A stretch of 64,000 nucleotides of DNA, taken from assembly GCA_045540975.1 (NCBI GenBank), contig JAZQIE010000072.1:6158-70157 (forward strand). The letters run 5' to 3'. The notes beneath the pieces were generated by a model. That model made no database searches, was not told the origin of the DNA, and saw only the letters and a program-made list of their open reading frames with translations. Both the position numbers and the translations under genes were made by a program. Shown here piece by piece: positions 62,763-64,000 of the stretch (positions are counted from its first letter, which is position 1; the number at the start of each line of letters is the position of its first letter). This stretch comes from Eubacteriales bacterium. Lineage in GTDB: Bacteria > Bacillota > Clostridia > Oscillospirales > JAAYXM01.

Positions 62763-64000
62763 ATGGCTATGATTCGTAAGGTTTACACCACAAAAGAAGA
62801 ATTTCACGCGCAAAATAAAGCCCTCGGCGAGAAACTGCTGTTTTCGGAGGACCTCTCGGTGCTTGCAACCCCGCTGGAGGTGGGCGGGAAACGGATTCCA
62901 AACCGCCTCGCGTGTCAAGCGATGGAGGGGTGCGACAGCGCCGCGGACGGAAGCCCCGACACCTTGACCCGTCGCCGTTACGAGCGCTTTGCAAAGGGCG
63001 GTGCGGGGCTCATTTGGTTTGAAGCCACCGCGGTGTTAAACGAGGGAAGGGCAAATCCCCGTCAGCTTTTTATCAACGAGCAAAACCTCGACCGCTTCAA
63101 AGCCCAACTGGAGGAAATCAAGGAAACCTGCCTGAAGGAAAACGGCTATGAGCCGATTGTGGTCATGCAGGTCACCCATTCGGGTCGCTATTCCAGACCC
63201 AACGGCACCCCCGAGCCGCTGATTGCCTACCATAACCCGATTTTCGAAGAGAAAGCCCCGATTTCCGACGACCGAATCGTCAGCGACGAATATTTGGACC
63301 GTGTCAAAGAAGCGCTCATCGAAGGCTGCGGTATGGCAAAGCGCGCGGGCTTTGACGGTGCGGATATCAAGTGCTGTCACCGTTATTTGAACTGCGAGTT
63401 ACTTTCCGCATACGAACGACCGGGTCGTTACGGCGGAAGTCTGGAAAACCGCTCCCGTTTCCTGCGCGAGAGCGTGCAAGGTGCCATCCAAACCTGCGGC
63501 ACCGACTTTTTGGTCTCCACGCGCATGAACGTCTATGACGGATTCCCACATCCTTACGGCTTCGGTGTACGCGCAGACGGCAGCTTGGAGTTTGACCCGA
63601 CCGAGCCTGCATGGGTCATCAAGGAGCTTTACCGCTACGGTGTGCGAATCATGAATATCAGCATGGGAAATCCCTATTTCAATCCGCACGTCTCCCGCCC
63701 GTATGCAAACAGCGGAGAGGAACTCGAGCATCCGCTTCTGGGTGTGGAACGGATTCTGGGCGGCACCGCCAAGCTCAAACAAATGGTTCCCGAAATGAAC
63801 TTGATTTGCTCGGCGCTTACCTACCTCGGCGTTGCCGCACCGCATGTGGCGGCGGCGTTGATCAAGCAAGGCGGCTGTGACATTGCAGGCTTTGGCAGAA
63901 CCGCATTTGCCTATCCGAATTTTGCAAAAGACATCCTGCAAAACGGTGCAATGGACCCGAAAAAAATCTGCATTTGCTGCTCCAAATGCACCGAGATTAT
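62763..64000 (+). CDS. NADH:flavin oxidoreductase, Old-Yellow-Enzyme-like TIM barrel (N-terminal part of an enoate/2,4-dienoyl-CoA-reductase-type enzyme; 3' end outside window)
   Basis: This ORF is absent from the track because it has no stop in the window. My own translation from ATG 62763 (after AAGGAGAG) gives MAMIRKVYTT...KRIPNRLACQAMEG...GAGLIWFEATAV...VMQVTHSGRYS...GFDGADIKCCHRYL...YGGSLENRSRFL...GFGRTAFAYPNF...ICICCSKCTEI. The last segment looks like the start of an Fe-S Cys motif. Confidence 0.8.
   Translation, partial: MAMIRKVYTTKEEFHAQNKALGEKLLFSEDLSVLATPLEVGGKRIPNRLACQAMEGCDSAADGSPDTLTRRRYERFAKGGAGLIWFEATAVLNEGRANPRQLFINEQNLDRFKAQLEEIKETCLKENGYEPIVVMQVTHSGRYSRPNGTPEPLIAYHNPIFEEKAPISDDRIVSDEYLDRVKEALIEGCGMAKRAGFDGADIKCCHRYLNCELLSAYERPGRYGGSLENRSRFLRESVQGAIQTCGTDFLVSTRMNVYDGFPHPYGFGVRADGSLEFDPTEPAWVIKELYRYGVRIMNISMGNPYFNPHVSRPYANSGEELEHPLLGVERILGGTAKLKQMVPEMNLICSALTYLGVAAPHVAAALIKQGGCDIAGFGRTAFAYPNFAKDILQNGAMDPKKICICCSKCTEI

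Overview
This is a chromosomal, origin-proximal segment (recF-remB-gyrB-gyrA at the left edge) from a moderately GC-rich Firmicute, most likely a sporulating member of Clostridia (spoIID, an SLH-anchored surface protein, rpsF-ssb-rpsR). The taxonomic guess is inference only. I call about 61 tightly packed protein genes, one tRNA-Arg(CCU), one glycine riboswitch and many clear rho-independent terminators. The core blocks are as follows.
- DNA topology and Fe-S assembly: gyrBA, rnhA, nifSU.
- A zapA-U32-dut-maf-mreCD-PBP2-minD-mgsA division and elongation cluster.
- rpsF-ssb-rpsR, queT-galU, citrate synthase and spoIID.

The accessory-looking blocks are as follows.
- An Ldh_2 oxidoreductase followed by three tandem amidohydrolase paralogues.
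- A rhaBAD cluster with two AraC regulators and a GH2 enzyme.
- A 1094-aa SLH surface protein.
- A GH2/DMT-permease/AraC unit.
- A leaderless DUF11 protein, then an ADP-ribosylglycohydrolase and an AraC/flavin-reductase pair.

I saw no CRISPR array, transposase, integrase, prophage or recognisable defence system, and I cannot point to a convincing complete novel multi-gene system. The observations most worth follow-up are these.
- The triplicated amidohydrolase operon.
- The signal-peptide-less DUF11 protein with a sigma-K-like promoter.
- An unexplained hairpin-repeat block beside the tRNA.
- A MinD with a short C-terminus and no MinC, MinE or MreB partner in the cluster.
- A structured leader in front of a CDF exporter.

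All family assignments rest on motif recognition by eye. No database search was run.
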